Below, in pieces: positions 1 through 11,220 of a stretch of DNA of 64,000 nucleotides. Made by a program: the position numbers and the translations under genes. The notes under the pieces are model-generated. The model was given only the letters and a program-made list of their open reading frames with translations, was not told the DNA's origin and searched no databases. Source of the stretch: Bacteroidota bacterium. GTDB lineage: Bacteria; Bacteroidota; Bacteroidia; Bacteroidales; UBA10428. The stretch spans positions 448 to 64,447 of the forward strand of contig QKEH01000133.1 in assembly GCA_003252385.1 (NCBI GenBank), in the 5' to 3' direction. Every line of letters begins with the position of its first letter. The first letter of the stretch is position 1.

Positions 1-1
1 T

Positions 2-487
2 GAGCTGCGAAAAAAGGAAGCCACGGCTAGTGCCAAAATGTTTCTGGAGGGAATTCCGAATGCTGAAATCATCATCCACTCGTACCGCGATGGTTTTCTG
101 CCTTACCTTGCCACAGAAGTAAAAGAAGCTTTTGAAGCCATTAAACAGGGTTTTGTTCCCGATGTGGTTTTTACCCACTACCGGAACGACCGGCACCAGG
201 ATCATCGCCTCGTAAGCGACCTGGCCTGGAATACCTGGCGCAACAACCTGATACTGGAGTACGAAATACCCAAGTACGACGGCGATATGGGCATTCCCAA
301 TGTGTTTGTGCCTATCGAGGGAAAATACATTGAGAGAAGGAATAAAATTCTTTGGGATGCTTTTCAATCGCAGCGCGAAAAGCACTGGTTCGACAACGAA
401 ACCTTCAACGCACTTCCCCGTTTGCGGGGAATGGAGTCGGCTACTACGTATGCCGAAGCATTTTATGGAAGGAAGATTATTTTGTAA
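2..487 (+). CDS. PIG-L (LmbE-like) family deacetylase, N-terminus outside the window
   Basis: The frame is open to the window edge (ELRKKEATASAKMF...). The His/Asp-rich segment FTHYRNDRHQDHRLVSDLA resembles the metal-site region of PIG-L/LmbE deacetylases. A stop at 485-487 is followed by a hairpin terminator. Confidence 0.65.
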   Translation, partial: ELRKKEATASAKMFLEGIPNAEIIIHSYRDGFLPYLATEVKEAFEAIKQGFVPDVVFTHYRNDRHQDHRLVSDLAWNTWRNNLILEYEIPKYDGDMGIPNVFVPIEGKYIERRNKILWDAFQSQREKHWFDNETFNALPRLRGMESATTYAEAFYGRKIIL

Positions 488-513
488 GTAAAAGTTAATA
501 GCTCAATACAATA

Positions 514-539
514 AGCCGGCGTAACTGCCGGCTTTTTTT
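514..539 (+). terminator. Rho-independent terminator
   Basis: AGCCGGC-gtaact-GCCGGCT stem-loop followed by a T7 run, 27 nt after the stop codon. Confidence 0.75.
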
Positions 540-629
540 ATGGATGAATTTTTCGTGTTCGTCAAACCTCTGGGGTGTTTGTTTAACTTTTCATTTAACT
601 TGACGTGTATATTTTTGGTACTTAATACC

Positions 630-2873
630 ATGAAACTACTACACCGCTGGCTGGTTGCACTACTATTATTCGGGTGGTTTTCAATTCCGGGAATGGCGTC
701 TGTCGATACCTTAAGGGGTACGTATGATGCCTATATTTCATCTGCGGACACCCTAATTATTGCAGGAAATGTGACGGTGAATGATCTGAACATTGCAGCA
801 GGAACTCGTGTCATGTATCAGGGTAATTATACCCTAAGTGCCTATGAAATGTATGCGGTAGGTGCTATCAACGATAGTATTCATTTTACGGTTTACCCTG
901 GCGATTCGGATACGGTTAACTGCCGCCTACTCACTTCTATTAATCGAGGGTACCCTTGTGGAGTTTATTCTGCATGTCCCATTGGAAACGCCGGGTATTG
1001 CACATTTACGGGTTTAACAGAAGTTACCCTGCATGCTTACGATTCTCGTTTTAGCAATTGTCAGATACTTAATGTATCCACCATAGATAATTGCAGTTTT
1101 CTGGATAATGATTCTTTAGCCATCTACGATTATATTCAGAACTCAACCGTTAAAAATACACAGCAATTTCAGTTATATCCCATAGCACATGGCAGAGGTG
1201 GTGCATTTATGTTTATCTATAACTGTCTTTTTGAAAATAATCATGCCACACTCCATTCCGGAGCAACAGGAACTACTATTGCCAATAACCTATTTCGGAA
1301 TAACACCGCCACCCCGGTATTAATTGATTATGGGTATTTGCATTCGAGCAGTATCCGTAACAATGTTTTTTATAATAACCGGTCAGCTACGGGGGCAGGT
1401 GCTGTGCAAGTAAATGGCGCCTCAAACGTTTGGGATTTAATGATTTTTAATAATACCTTTTATGCAAACGAAGGTACAAGCGCTCATTCCGTTCACCTTG
1501 AGACAGCCAATTCAAAGCGTTTTTACAATAATATCTTTTGGTCGGCATCGGAGAATGCATTACCCGAAGTGAAAATAGATACCTGCTGGGATACGTATAC
1601 CAACTATCAGGTGTTTGAGAATAATTTGGTATACGGAGGTGTTGGCCGGGTTGAACTGGCTTTTGGTTACTCCATGGATAGCACAGCAGTGTATAACTTC
1701 AACCCACATTTTGTCGATTCTATTGACGGGAAGAATCTCCAATTGAGTTTTCGGTCAGAAGCTATTGATGCCGGTTTTGACAGTGTGTACTCACATCCAC
1801 CACCGCTGAATATGTTAACGTATAATGATTTAAGTGGGAATAGCCGTGTTTTTGGAAGGCACGTCGATTTAGGAGCCTACGAATACTATCCGCAACACAA
1901 TCTGCAATTTACCTATGTCACACCCGATACCGGTATCTGCGAAAATGATTCGGTGATGTTAAAGGCCTTTTCTCTGGATCGGTTTATGTATTCCTGGTAC
2001 CGCAATGGAGAATTACTGGAAGCCACGCTTGGTGATACTTGTCTTATTCCCCTTGTTTCGGATGCTGACACGGGCAGCTACCAGGTATGTATCTCGGATG
2101 GGGATACAACGCATTGCAGCGATCCCTTCCGGGTGGCCTATGTCCCCGTTCCGGTAATTGCCGAACAGCCGGGTAGTATTGGTGTTTGTGCTGGTGATTC
2201 ATTGGTTCTCTCAATAAATGTGCTTAGCAACGTGCCTGTAGATATTACCTGGCATTCTTTATCGGGGCTATCTTCTTTCGCAAATGGAACCGAATGGGTA
2301 GTACCTGAAGTTTTACATAGTGATTCACTCTTTGCTCAACTAAATTACCAATGTGGAACTGTGCTAAGTGATACCGCCATAGTTAATGTCTATCCTTTAC
2401 CTGAGCCTAATCTGGGGGTCGATACGGCACTGGCCTATAGCGAAAGCATCACCCTAAACCCGGGAAGTTTTGCAGAGGTACTATGGAGTACCGGCGAGAC
2501 TACTTCAGAAATTACATTGGACTCATCGCAAATGGTGTGGGTACAGGTAGCCAACGCATGGGGATGTTCGGGAAGCGACACCGTTTTGGTTTCAAAGAAT
2601 CCCAATCTGCTTCAATCCTCATATTCCGAGAATGGTTTTGCCGCCTACCCCAATCCGGTACATGGCAGTCTATACCTCACCGTGCCCAATGGAACTCCTG
2701 TTCCTTGCCCGGTGAAGCTGTATTCCGCCGCCGGGGTTCTGATAGACCATTTCCTGCTAATGCATACAGGGACCAACGCTGTAGAATCCGTTTCGCATTG
2801 CGATCCGGGGGTTTACTACTTGGAAATAGCTGCCGGGGAGCTGCGGCATAGTACACAAATTGTGGTGTACTAG
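630..2873 (+). CDS. Secreted right-handed beta-helix repeat protein with Ig-like modules and a T9SS C-terminal sorting domain
   Basis: The ATG at 630 gives the signal peptide MKLLHRWLVALLLFGWFSIPGMASV; the tracked 540 start overlaps the upstream terminator. Stacked Asn-rich rungs are present (CLFENNHA, NNLFRNNTA, RNNVFYNNRSA, FNNTFYANEG, YNNIFWS), then DLGAYEY and Ig-like repeats. The C-terminus YPNPVHGSLYL...GVYYLEI...TQIVVY is typical of the Por/T9SS sorting domain. Confidence 0.8.
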   Translation: MKLLHRWLVALLLFGWFSIPGMASVDTLRGTYDAYISSADTLIIAGNVTVNDLNIAAGTRVMYQGNYTLSAYEMYAVGAINDSIHFTVYPGDSDTVNCRLLTSINRGYPCGVYSACPIGNAGYCTFTGLTEVTLHAYDSRFSNCQILNVSTIDNCSFLDNDSLAIYDYIQNSTVKNTQQFQLYPIAHGRGGAFMFIYNCLFENNHATLHSGATGTTIANNLFRNNTATPVLIDYGYLHSSSIRNNVFYNNRSATGAGAVQVNGASNVWDLMIFNNTFYANEGTSAHSVHLETANSKRFYNNIFWSASENALPEVKIDTCWDTYTNYQVFENNLVYGGVGRVELAFGYSMDSTAVYNFNPHFVDSIDGKNLQLSFRSEAIDAGFDSVYSHPPPLNMLTYNDLSGNSRVFGRHVDLGAYEYYPQHNLQFTYVTPDTGICENDSVMLKAFSLDRFMYSWYRNGELLEATLGDTCLIPLVSDADTGSYQVCISDGDTTHCSDPFRVAYVPVPVIAEQPGSIGVCAGDSLVLSINVLSNVPVDITWHSLSGLSSFANGTEWVVPEVLHSDSLFAQLNYQCGTVLSDTAIVNVYPLPEPNLGVDTALAYSESITLNPGSFAEVLWSTGETTSEITLDSSQMVWVQVANAWGCSGSDTVLVSKNPNLLQSSYSENGFAAYPNPVHGSLYLTVPNGTPVPCPVKLYSAAGVLIDHFLLMHTGTNAVESVSHCDPGVYYLEIAAGELRHSTQIVVY

Positions 2874-2961
2874 CAGGGCTCCTCTTGGGTCTTTCGCATT
2901 GGAATCTGGCACAGCCGATATGACTTCAAAAACTTGTTATTGGTTATAGTCTGAAAATTGT

Positions 2962-2996
2962 TTCCTCTGAGGGATTTCCTCAGAGGAATTTTTTTT
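2962..2996 (+). terminator. Rho-independent terminator
   Basis: TTCCTCTGAGG-gatttc-CCTCAGAGGAA stem followed by a T8 run. Confidence 0.7.
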
Positions 2997-3312
2997 CGTC
3001 GTGTTTACAGGTTAAGGTTTTATATGCACTTATGGGACTCAGCCCGATACAATCCCCAGGCGGTATGGGTGCATTCTGATGCTAATTTGGTGTGCTTCGC
3101 TTTACATTTTGCCTCCCTTTGCCCAACCAACCCGTTGACGTTAGATGCTATTTATAACAAGCTAGAACCTGGCTGCTGCGTTAGGGTAGGTGGCATATTC
3201 ATGTCTTGCCGTTTTTTATGTATTTTGGGGCAGGGACAACTTTGGTGAAAGAGGTGTTGGATCGCCGGTTGTTCTGAGCGGATTCAGGTGGGAAACGTTC
3301 GTGTTGGACCTG

Positions 3313-6300
3313 TTACTTGTTTTTCTGGCAACAGGTATGTAAGGCCGAAAACAGTTCTTCCTTCCGTATGGGTTTTTTAATATAATGGTTAAACCCATGA
3401 TCGGTGAGCTTTTTTCGGTCGCTGTCCAGGGCGAAGGCTGTTTGTGCAATAATGCATTGGTGGGGAGCCATTTTCCGTATTTCGGTAAGGGCATCCATTC
3501 CGTTCATTACCGGCATTTTGATGTCCATCAGAACGATATCGAAAATTTTGCCTTTTACAAACAGTTTAACTGCTTCGAGTCCATTGTTTGCCCGGGTAAG
3601 TTGGCATCCGGTTCCACCAAGTATCCGTTCGAGGAGTTCGGCATTTGCCGATTCATCTTCTACAATAAGCAGGCTTAAATTTCTCAGAAACCTGGGGTCT
3701 GTTCTTTGTTTCGGAGCTCCCTCGGTTTCGCCGGTATCCTTTTGGGGAAGGGTTAACGGAATGCGTAGGATGAATTCCGAACCTTTTCCCACTTCCGATT
3801 GCACCGAAAGTTGGCACCCCAGTATTTCGGCGAGTTTATGCGAAATGGACAGGCCCAGTCCAACACCGGGGTAGAGGATGGTAGGATCGTTGTCAATTTT
3901 ACGAAAACGTTCAAAAATCCGGTTTCGGTCTTTTTCCGGGATGCCATTGCCCGTATCCCGAACCGAAAGTAGTACCTCTCTCGGGTTGGCAGCGTCAATT
4001 CGCGTACCAAGTACAATTTCGCCCTGGTGGGTAAACTTCATGGCATTGCTGAGCAGGTTGGTTACAATTTGGTTGATACGGAATAAATCGGATACGATCT
4101 GAATATTTTCTTCGTTCAGTGCATTGTTCAGCCGGAGTTTTACTTTCTCGTTTTTAGCATTGATCCGTGCTGTATGGAAGCAATCCTCCAGCAGGGTATT
4201 AAGGCTAAATGGAGCCAGATTGACATGGAGCTGATTGGCTTCAATGAGGCTTATAGCCAGGATGTCATCGATCAATACCAACAACTTTTCCGAGTTTTGT
4301 TTGATCAGGTTGAGGAATCTTTGTCGTTTGTCGTGAGGCATTTCTTCCTCAGCCAGTAACGAGGAGAATCCGACCACTGCATTCATGGGGGTTCTGATTT
4401 CGTGCGACATGTTGGCTAAAAAGGCCGATTTTAATTGGTCGGATTCTTCGGCCCGTTCTTTAGCATGTTGTAATTCCAGGGTACGTTCCTGCACTTTATC
4501 TTCCAGGTTGGCTTTGTGAGCCAGCAACTCCTGATGCTTATTCTGTAGTTCTTCCTTTTGTGCTACCAACTCTTCTTTGCTTTCTTCCAGTTGGGAATTC
4601 ATTTCAATCAACTCGTTGGTACGCTCGTAGACCATCTTTTCCAGTTGCTGTTTCTGTTTCTCAACCCGATGTATTTTCAGGTTGTACACCACCATGATCA
4701 GCGAAACGGTGATCAGGGTAGCCAGGACCCGAAACCATAACGTTTGCCAGAAGGGCGGGAGTATGGTTATTTCGAGTGTTCTGGGTTTGTAATTCCAATA
4801 ACCATCGCAGTTGGAAGCCATCACTTTGAAGATGTACTTTCCCGGATCCAGATTGGTGTATTTGGCAAAGGTGACACCCGTCTGTGCCTTAATCCAATTT
4901 TTATCGTATCCAACCAGTTGATATTGATATTGATTAGATAACGGCTTAGCATAATGTAAGGCCGCAAAGTGGATGGTGAACTCATTTTCGGTATGTGGCA
5001 AAACCAGCTGATGAGTGGTATTGAGCGATTGTTTTAAAACGATGCGGCCACGTATGGTGTCCATAATTCCTACCGGGTTATCGTGAAGATATAGGGAATT
5101 CAGTACTATGGTAGGAGGAATTGTGTCCGCCGAAATCCGATCGGGATAGAAGGCCGTGAAACCGTTGGAACCTCCAAAAAGTATTTCCCCATCGCGCAAT
5201 TTGCATCCTGCCATTTCCGAAAATTCATAGCCTTGCAGTCCATCGCCCGGGTAATAGTTATGAAACTCCTTCCGGACGGGTTCCAGTCGGCTCAGTCCGT
5301 GGTTGGTGCTGATCCATAAAAAACCCTGATCGTCTTCCACAATGGCCTTTACCGTATTATTGGCCAGGCCCTCATCTGTAGTAAGGTTTACAAAGTAACC
5401 ATTGTTCCAGGAACTGCCTTCGTGGTATTGGAAAATACCGCCTCCCATAGTGCCAATCCAGATCGTGTGTTCATGGGTTTCAATGATTGGAAGAATGTAA
5501 TTGTTGCTTAAACTGCTGTCGGATATTGGGTTATAGTTGAAGTGAAAGAAATCGGGGAGCAGGCTTTGTTTCTCATCCTGGTTTAGCATCATGAGTCCGT
5601 CAGAGGAGCCAATCCACAGTCGGCCTTGCGAGTCCTCCATCAGGCTGCGTATGGTATTGGAACCTAAATTACTGTTGGTTATGTTGAAGTCGTCCACCCG
5701 GTAGCCATTCTGAGTTCTGATGGCACGGTAGAGTCCCCCATTATAGGATCCCAACCAAATCGAGCCAAATTCATCCTGAAGAAGGGTGATAATCATGCCT
5801 CTGGGGATGGGTATGTAGGACGGAATAAGGTCCCAATTGTTCTTCGAAACGGTTGGTTTTAGGCAAATCATTCTTGACTTATAGCCTGTCCCTGCCCATA
5901 TTTCGGAATTTTGCGTTTTAACTTCAATAATGTTAAATACTACATTTTGTTCGTTGGGCAGGGTGGTGTAGTAACTCTCGAAGCCATACTGATACTGCTT
6001 CGCTTTTTTTGCAGGCAGAAAATTTAAACCACCTCCATCGGTTCCTATCCAAAGGTTTTGTTGGGAGTCCTCAAAAATGGAAAATACTTTATTGGTGGAC
6101 AGACTACCTGGTAGACTGCTTGCATTATAGCTGCGAAACTGTCCGCTTTTAGGGTTGTATCGATTTATGCCGCCATTGGTGCCAATCCAAAGGACACCGG
6201 TGTGGTCGGTGGCCAGCGAGAGAACCATGGAACCGCATAAATTGCTCGATTCCTGACCCTGGATGAAATGTTCGGCTAGCACAAAGCAAGACTTGCGTTT

Positions 6301-7212
6301 CGGAAAATATCCGAAAAGAAACAAACCGTTTTGTCCTCCGGCCCATATCAGGCTGTCCTGCGTTACTTCCAGGGCACGAATCAGGCCACAGGGGTAGATT
6401 TCTAGCGATTGAGGCGCGCTCTTCTTAACCCGGATAATCCCTTCCACTGAACCAATCAGGTAGGCAGTACCCGCATCCCGAATAACCCGAATATCGGTTA
6501 ACGGAGGCATCTGATCCAGAAATGGTGTAAGCCAGACACTATCCCGGGTACTATGGACTTGGTTAAAACCGGTACGATGTATAGCCAATAGATTTCCATC
6601 CTTATCTTGATAAAAGCTGCGGTACGCATATTCATTGTCCCTTCCGGGCGGGGTGGGGGGAGGGGGTATTTTTCGAACCCGGTAGCTGCCGGAGGCATTC
6701 TTCTCAAAACAATCAATACCGGAGTAGGTGGTTACGAATATTCTTCCATCCGGTGCACAAAACAGGTCGAAGGTAACGTTGCTGCTTAACAGATTGGGAT
6801 GCTGTTTGGTATTGTAGAAATTGGTAAATGTTTCGGAGCCTGGATGGTACTTGCATATCCCGTTATCCTGGGTGGCAATCCACAGGTTGCCATCTTGGTC
6901 CTCGGTAAGGGCGCTAATGAGGTTGCTCGAAATGGAGACCGTATCTTTGGGTGCAATTCGAAATGTACGAAAAGTGAGACCATCGTAACGATTAATGCCT
7001 TCGTGGGTGGCAAACCACATATACGCGTCGCTACCCTGGTAAATGTCTAGTACATCGTTTTGAGATAAGCCCTGATGGGTAGTTATGGATTCAAAAATAT
7101 AGTCTTTACCATAAGCAAAAGTTATGGTGAGGCAGAGGATTAAGGCCGGAATACAGCGCATCCCCATCATCTTCATACCGAACGAATAAGAAGAGTGTTG
7201 GACAATTTTCAA
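3313..7212 (-). CDS. Hybrid sensor histidine kinase / response regulator with a periplasmic two-component propeller (Reg_prop) and Y_Y_Y region; no DNA-binding output domain
   Basis: Many W-I/V-G-T/S...GG-L propeller blade motifs. Y_Y_Y-like FAALHYAKPLSNQYQYQLVGYDKNW, TM segment LATLITVSLIMVVY and a coiled coil. H-box FLANMSHEIRTPMN; HATPase boxes RDTGNGIP and GVGLGLSIS. Receiver domain LLIVEDE...VLMDIKMPVMNG...IKKP. The start may be an internal Met (MKMMGMRC...). Confidence 0.9.
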   Translation of the reverse strand: MKIVQHSSYSFGMKMMGMRCIPALILCLTITFAYGKDYIFESITTHQGLSQNDVLDIYQGSDAYMWFATHEGINRYDGLTFRTFRIAPKDTVSISSNLISALTEDQDGNLWIATQDNGICKYHPGSETFTNFYNTKQHPNLLSSNVTFDLFCAPDGRIFVTTYSGIDCFEKNASGSYRVRKIPPPPTPPGRDNEYAYRSFYQDKDGNLLAIHRTGFNQVHSTRDSVWLTPFLDQMPPLTDIRVIRDAGTAYLIGSVEGIIRVKKSAPQSLEIYPCGLIRALEVTQDSLIWAGGQNGLFLFGYFPKRKSCFVLAEHFIQGQESSNLCGSMVLSLATDHTGVLWIGTNGGINRYNPKSGQFRSYNASSLPGSLSTNKVFSIFEDSQQNLWIGTDGGGLNFLPAKKAKQYQYGFESYYTTLPNEQNVVFNIIEVKTQNSEIWAGTGYKSRMICLKPTVSKNNWDLIPSYIPIPRGMIITLLQDEFGSIWLGSYNGGLYRAIRTQNGYRVDDFNITNSNLGSNTIRSLMEDSQGRLWIGSSDGLMMLNQDEKQSLLPDFFHFNYNPISDSSLSNNYILPIIETHEHTIWIGTMGGGIFQYHEGSSWNNGYFVNLTTDEGLANNTVKAIVEDDQGFLWISTNHGLSRLEPVRKEFHNYYPGDGLQGYEFSEMAGCKLRDGEILFGGSNGFTAFYPDRISADTIPPTIVLNSLYLHDNPVGIMDTIRGRIVLKQSLNTTHQLVLPHTENEFTIHFAALHYAKPLSNQYQYQLVGYDKNWIKAQTGVTFAKYTNLDPGKYIFKVMASNCDGYWNYKPRTLEITILPPFWQTLWFRVLATLITVSLIMVVYNLKIHRVEKQKQQLEKMVYERTNELIEMNSQLEESKEELVAQKEELQNKHQELLAHKANLEDKVQERTLELQHAKERAEESDQLKSAFLANMSHEIRTPMNAVVGFSSLLAEEEMPHDKRQRFLNLIKQNSEKLLVLIDDILAISLIEANQLHVNLAPFSLNTLLEDCFHTARINAKNEKVKLRLNNALNEENIQIVSDLFRINQIVTNLLSNAMKFTHQGEIVLGTRIDAANPREVLLSVRDTGNGIPEKDRNRIFERFRKIDNDPTILYPGVGLGLSISHKLAEILGCQLSVQSEVGKGSEFILRIPLTLPQKDTGETEGAPKQRTDPRFLRNLSLLIVEDESANAELLERILGGTGCQLTRANNGLEAVKLFVKGKIFDIVLMDIKMPVMNGMDALTEIRKMAPHQCIIAQTAFALDSDRKKLTDHGFNHYIKKPIRKEELFSALHTCCQKNK

Positions 7213-7265
7213 GTGCTAATCGTTTGATGTTTAAAATCATACGATGAAGGGGCGGTGGTTGGCAT

Positions 7266-10200
7266 TTAGGTATGGTTTTCGGATAAATCGATTTGCTTTG
7301 GCAATACAATGGTAAATGTGGTTCCAATATTCACCTTGCTGGTTACCGTAATTTGTCCGTGGTGTAACTCAATAAAATCCTTACAGGTTATCAGACCCAG
7401 GCCGGTTCCGGTTTCGTTATCGGTGCCATGGGTAGTGAAATGGGTATCCTTCCGAAACAGCTTCGACAGATTCTCTGGGGCAATACCCACTCCGGTGTCT
7501 CGAATTACCAAGGTAACAAATTCGTCGGTTTGGGAACAATGAATGTAAATATGGCCGTTGGGCATGGTGAATTTGACCGCATTGGTCAATAGATTGCGTA
7601 ATACGGTGTTCATCAATTCCCGGTCGGCGGTAAATTTTATGGCGGGTTGTACGGGTTGGTATTCAATGATAATTTTTTTCGCGGTAGCCTGATCCTCAAT
7701 AAGGCTGATATTCGCGGTAATAATATCTTCGATGAAGGTTTCTTCGGGACGGAACTTAATGGTGCCGCTTTGAGAACGTGCCCAATTCAACAAGTTGAAT
7801 AACAGGTTTTGGATGTTCTTAACGGATGAGAGCGCGTATTTGATCATGGCTTTACGCTTCTCATCATCGTATTTGTCGTACTTCATGTCCAGTACATCCA
7901 GAAATCCGGAAAGCGTGGTGAACGGGTTTTTCAGGTCGTGTGCCACAATGGAGAACAACCGATCCTTTACCGCATTCACTTCGGACAGCTGATCCCGTTG
8001 CAGTTCAATTTCCTGGGTGCGTTCCTCCAAAATGGTATTGGTGTCGTAGAGTTCGTCTCGTTGGGCGCGCAATTCCTCCGATTGCTCTTCAATTTTTTGT
8101 TGCCTCTCTTCGAGAATGGTGTTGGTTTCGTTGAGCTCCTCAGTTTGATGCTTGAGTACGCGGTTTTTCTCATTTATTTCGCGGGTGCGAGCCAGAACTT
8201 CGGCTTCAAGTTCCTGGTTGATTTTTCGCATTTGCTGGGTGCGAAGAATGAAAACCAGCAGAATCAGGGAACTGATAAAAAGCAGGGTGAACAGACGGAA
8301 CCACAGGGTTATCCAGAACGGAGGTAATATGTTTATAGTTAGCTGTTTGTAATTCTTCGCCCAGATGCCATCGCTATTGCAGGCGGTAAACCTGAATACG
8401 TATTTTCCGGGTTTCAGGCTGGTATATTTAGAAAAACGTCGATCCGAAGTGACCTGGTACCAGTCTTTATCATAGCCTTCCAGCATGTATCGGTACTGGT
8501 TTTTATGCGGAGCTGCATAGTGCAGGCCGGAAAAGTGTATAGTGAAATCGTTTTCGTTATGTTTTAAGGTGATTTCGTCGGTTTCATTGATGGCTTTGGT
8601 CAGAATAGTGCGTTTGGAGCCGGTTTCTCCTATTCGTACCGGCACATTAAACACTTCCAGGTAAGTAAAAACCAGTTTAGGGAGCAGGGTATCTTCGGTA
8701 ATCTCGCCTGGATAAAAGGCATTAAAGCCATTTACCCCGCCAAAGAGAATTTCGCCATCGTGCCGTTTGCAGCCCGACATATCGGTGAAAGCCATGTCCT
8801 GAAGTCCGTCAAACAGATCAAAATTCCGGATTTGACGTGTTATGGGATCAAATCGACTGATTCCCTGGTTGGTGCTAATCCATAGCATGCCCTTGTCGTC
8901 TTCAATAATCTTCTTGATCATGTTGTTGGGCAGTCCATTACTGGTGGTAATTCGTTCAAAGTGTCCATTGTTCCATTCAGAACCTTCAATGTATTTGTTG
9001 AGTCCTCCGCCAAAGCTCATGGGAAGAGCTTTCCAGAATGGGTACCGTATAACTGTTGCTAATACTGCTGCTATCCTCCGGGTTGTTCCTAAATACATGG
9101 AACACGGGGGATTCGTTCTTCATCTGAAGCGAATCCAAAACGGCAAGGCCTTCACTGGTTGAAATCCATAAACGTTGTTTACTGTCTTCAACAATACAAC
9201 GGATAATGTTAGAAGGAAGGTAACTGTTTTGAGTGGTGTAGGTAATCCAACGGCCGCCATTATCGGACGGAATGTATTTGTTCAGCCCACCCTCATACGA
9301 TCCTACCCATATCGAGCCATTTTTATCCTTGCACAGGGTCATGGTGTGCCGCGCCAGGGTATGAGGGATGCTCTTTTTCTGTAATTGACCGTTTGTGTTT
9401 ACGACTTCTATTAATTTGGATTGAAATCCTGTACCCACCCAATAAACCGGAGAGTGTCCCGGATCGGAAATTTCCAGAATATCGAAAGCAAAGTTTTGTT
9501 GGGGCACCGGGTTGACATCCAAATGTTGAAATCCGGAGCGGTAATTTTTTTCCTGGCTGGAAGGTAAAAAATTAAGTCCCCCACCTTCAGTTCCTATCCA
9601 TAAATTGTATTGATCGTCTTCCAATATCCCCCATATTTTATTATTAGATATACTGCCGGGGGTTTCCATATTTTTATAATGACGGAAGCGGGTACGGTTT
9701 AAATTGACTTTACTGATACCTCCTCCATTGGTTCCAATCCAAATAATACCCGACTTGTCAGTCCACAGGCATCGGATGAACTGGTTGGTTATTGATGGGT
9801 TATCGCTGTTGGGGGTAAAATGCTCTTTGAGGGTATAGTATGGAAAAGCGGCTGGATGGTACTCCAGTAAAAAAATGCCATTGTGGCTGCCCACCCAAAT
9901 GTTTCCAGTGCAATCGGCAAGCAGTTGCCACGAGGGTATTCGATCCAGGTTTGTGAAAATCGGGTGGTCGAAATCGGAATCTTTGAATTGTAGTAAAGCC
10001 ACCCCATAGGCATGGGTGAAAAGATACCCCTTTTCTACTTCTATCACTTGGGCAATATCAATATGTTCACTTGGATTGGTTATATGTTTGAAGCGGTTTT
10101 GAACGATACCCAGGTTGCTGTCCACCATTAGCTCCAAACCATTGGGGAGGCACACCCAGATGTTACCTTTGGAATCTTCGAAAACATGATTGATCAGATT

Positions 10201-10734
10201 GTTACGTAAGCCGGTTGAATCTTTCGGGTTCGATACAAACTTTTTAATTGTCAAACTGTCCCCCGATCCTTTTATGATACAGTTTAAGCCGGAAGGAGTT
10301 CCGTACCAAATCCGGTTGCGGGAGTCGCAGTACAGGCAGTAGCTGTTATTGTCCGTTAGTACCGATGGATATTGCTCTGTATTATGAATAACCGAAAATT
10401 TCTCTGTGATCAGATTGAACACGCAGATACCTTTTTCCAGCGTGCCTATCCATAAATTGTTATCCTGGTCTTCCGTAACACATTTAATCAGGTTGCTGCT
10501 TAAGGAATTGCTGTTATCCAGCGATACTTGGAAAATGCGAAAGTTGTAACCGTCATACCGGTTGAGTCCGTCAATGGTGGAAAACCACATAAAGCCCCGG
10601 CTGTCCTGAAAAATATCCAGTACATCGTTTTGTGAGAGTCCGTCTTTTGAGGTGATGGATTCAAAGGTGTATTCAACTCCTTGACAAAGGTGCGTGCTGA
10701 GAAGTGTAATTATCAGGAGTATAACGTGACGCAT
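7266..10734 (-). pseudogene. Propeller/Y_Y_Y sensor histidine kinase (paralog of 3313-7212, no receiver domain), split by a frameshift near 9009-9012
   Basis: ORF 8986-10734 encodes the signal peptide and propeller blades. ORF 7266-9098 encodes the Y_Y_Y region, TM, coiled coil, H-box FSIVAHDLKNPF and HATPase domain (RDTGVGI, GTGLGL). The two ORFs overlap in different frames. The reading frame switches inside a conserved blade motif (see the finding at 7266-10734). Confidence 0.6.
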
Positions 10735-11220
10735 AGTGAACAGTGTACCAAAAATTCGTATTTGAATTTAGTGATAATTCATGAAAAAACCACGTTCCTA
10801 AGTGAAATGAAAGGAAAGGCTCATACGCTGATTCACCGACCGATTGGCCAAAGCTTAAAACGGAAGAGCATTATCGAAATCAATACAGGAATGGATTTTC
10901 CCAGGAACCTGCCTTCCAAATAATACTAGTCCACGCGGAAAGATCGCATGAATTGGGTCATGGATTTTAATTTTGCCCCCCTAAAATGAATAATTTATCA
11001 TCTTGAAATGGTAATAGATAAACTAATTTCGTGGTTGTAGATTTCTATAAAGCGAGAAAATGGACCTGGTTCACATGGATTGATCTAACCCTCTTAGTGG
11101 CAAGCTGTGGTTTGATGGGAATGAAAGGTTTTCTTCTGGTGATTAAGAGGTAGGCATGAGTTGGCAAGCACCTTTTTTCACGAAACATTATAATGATTTG
11201 GTTTTCAATTTCTTAAAAAT

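Noticed and set aside
540-629. N-terminal extension of the beta-helix protein ORF (MDEFFVFVKPLG...).
   Set aside because: It begins inside the T-run of the upstream terminator. The Met at 630 gives a proper signal peptide.
2958-3248. 96-aa ORF in the convergent spacer after the T9SS beta-helix gene.
   Set aside because: It starts inside the terminator hairpin, has an odd composition and shows no motifs. It is probably non-coding.
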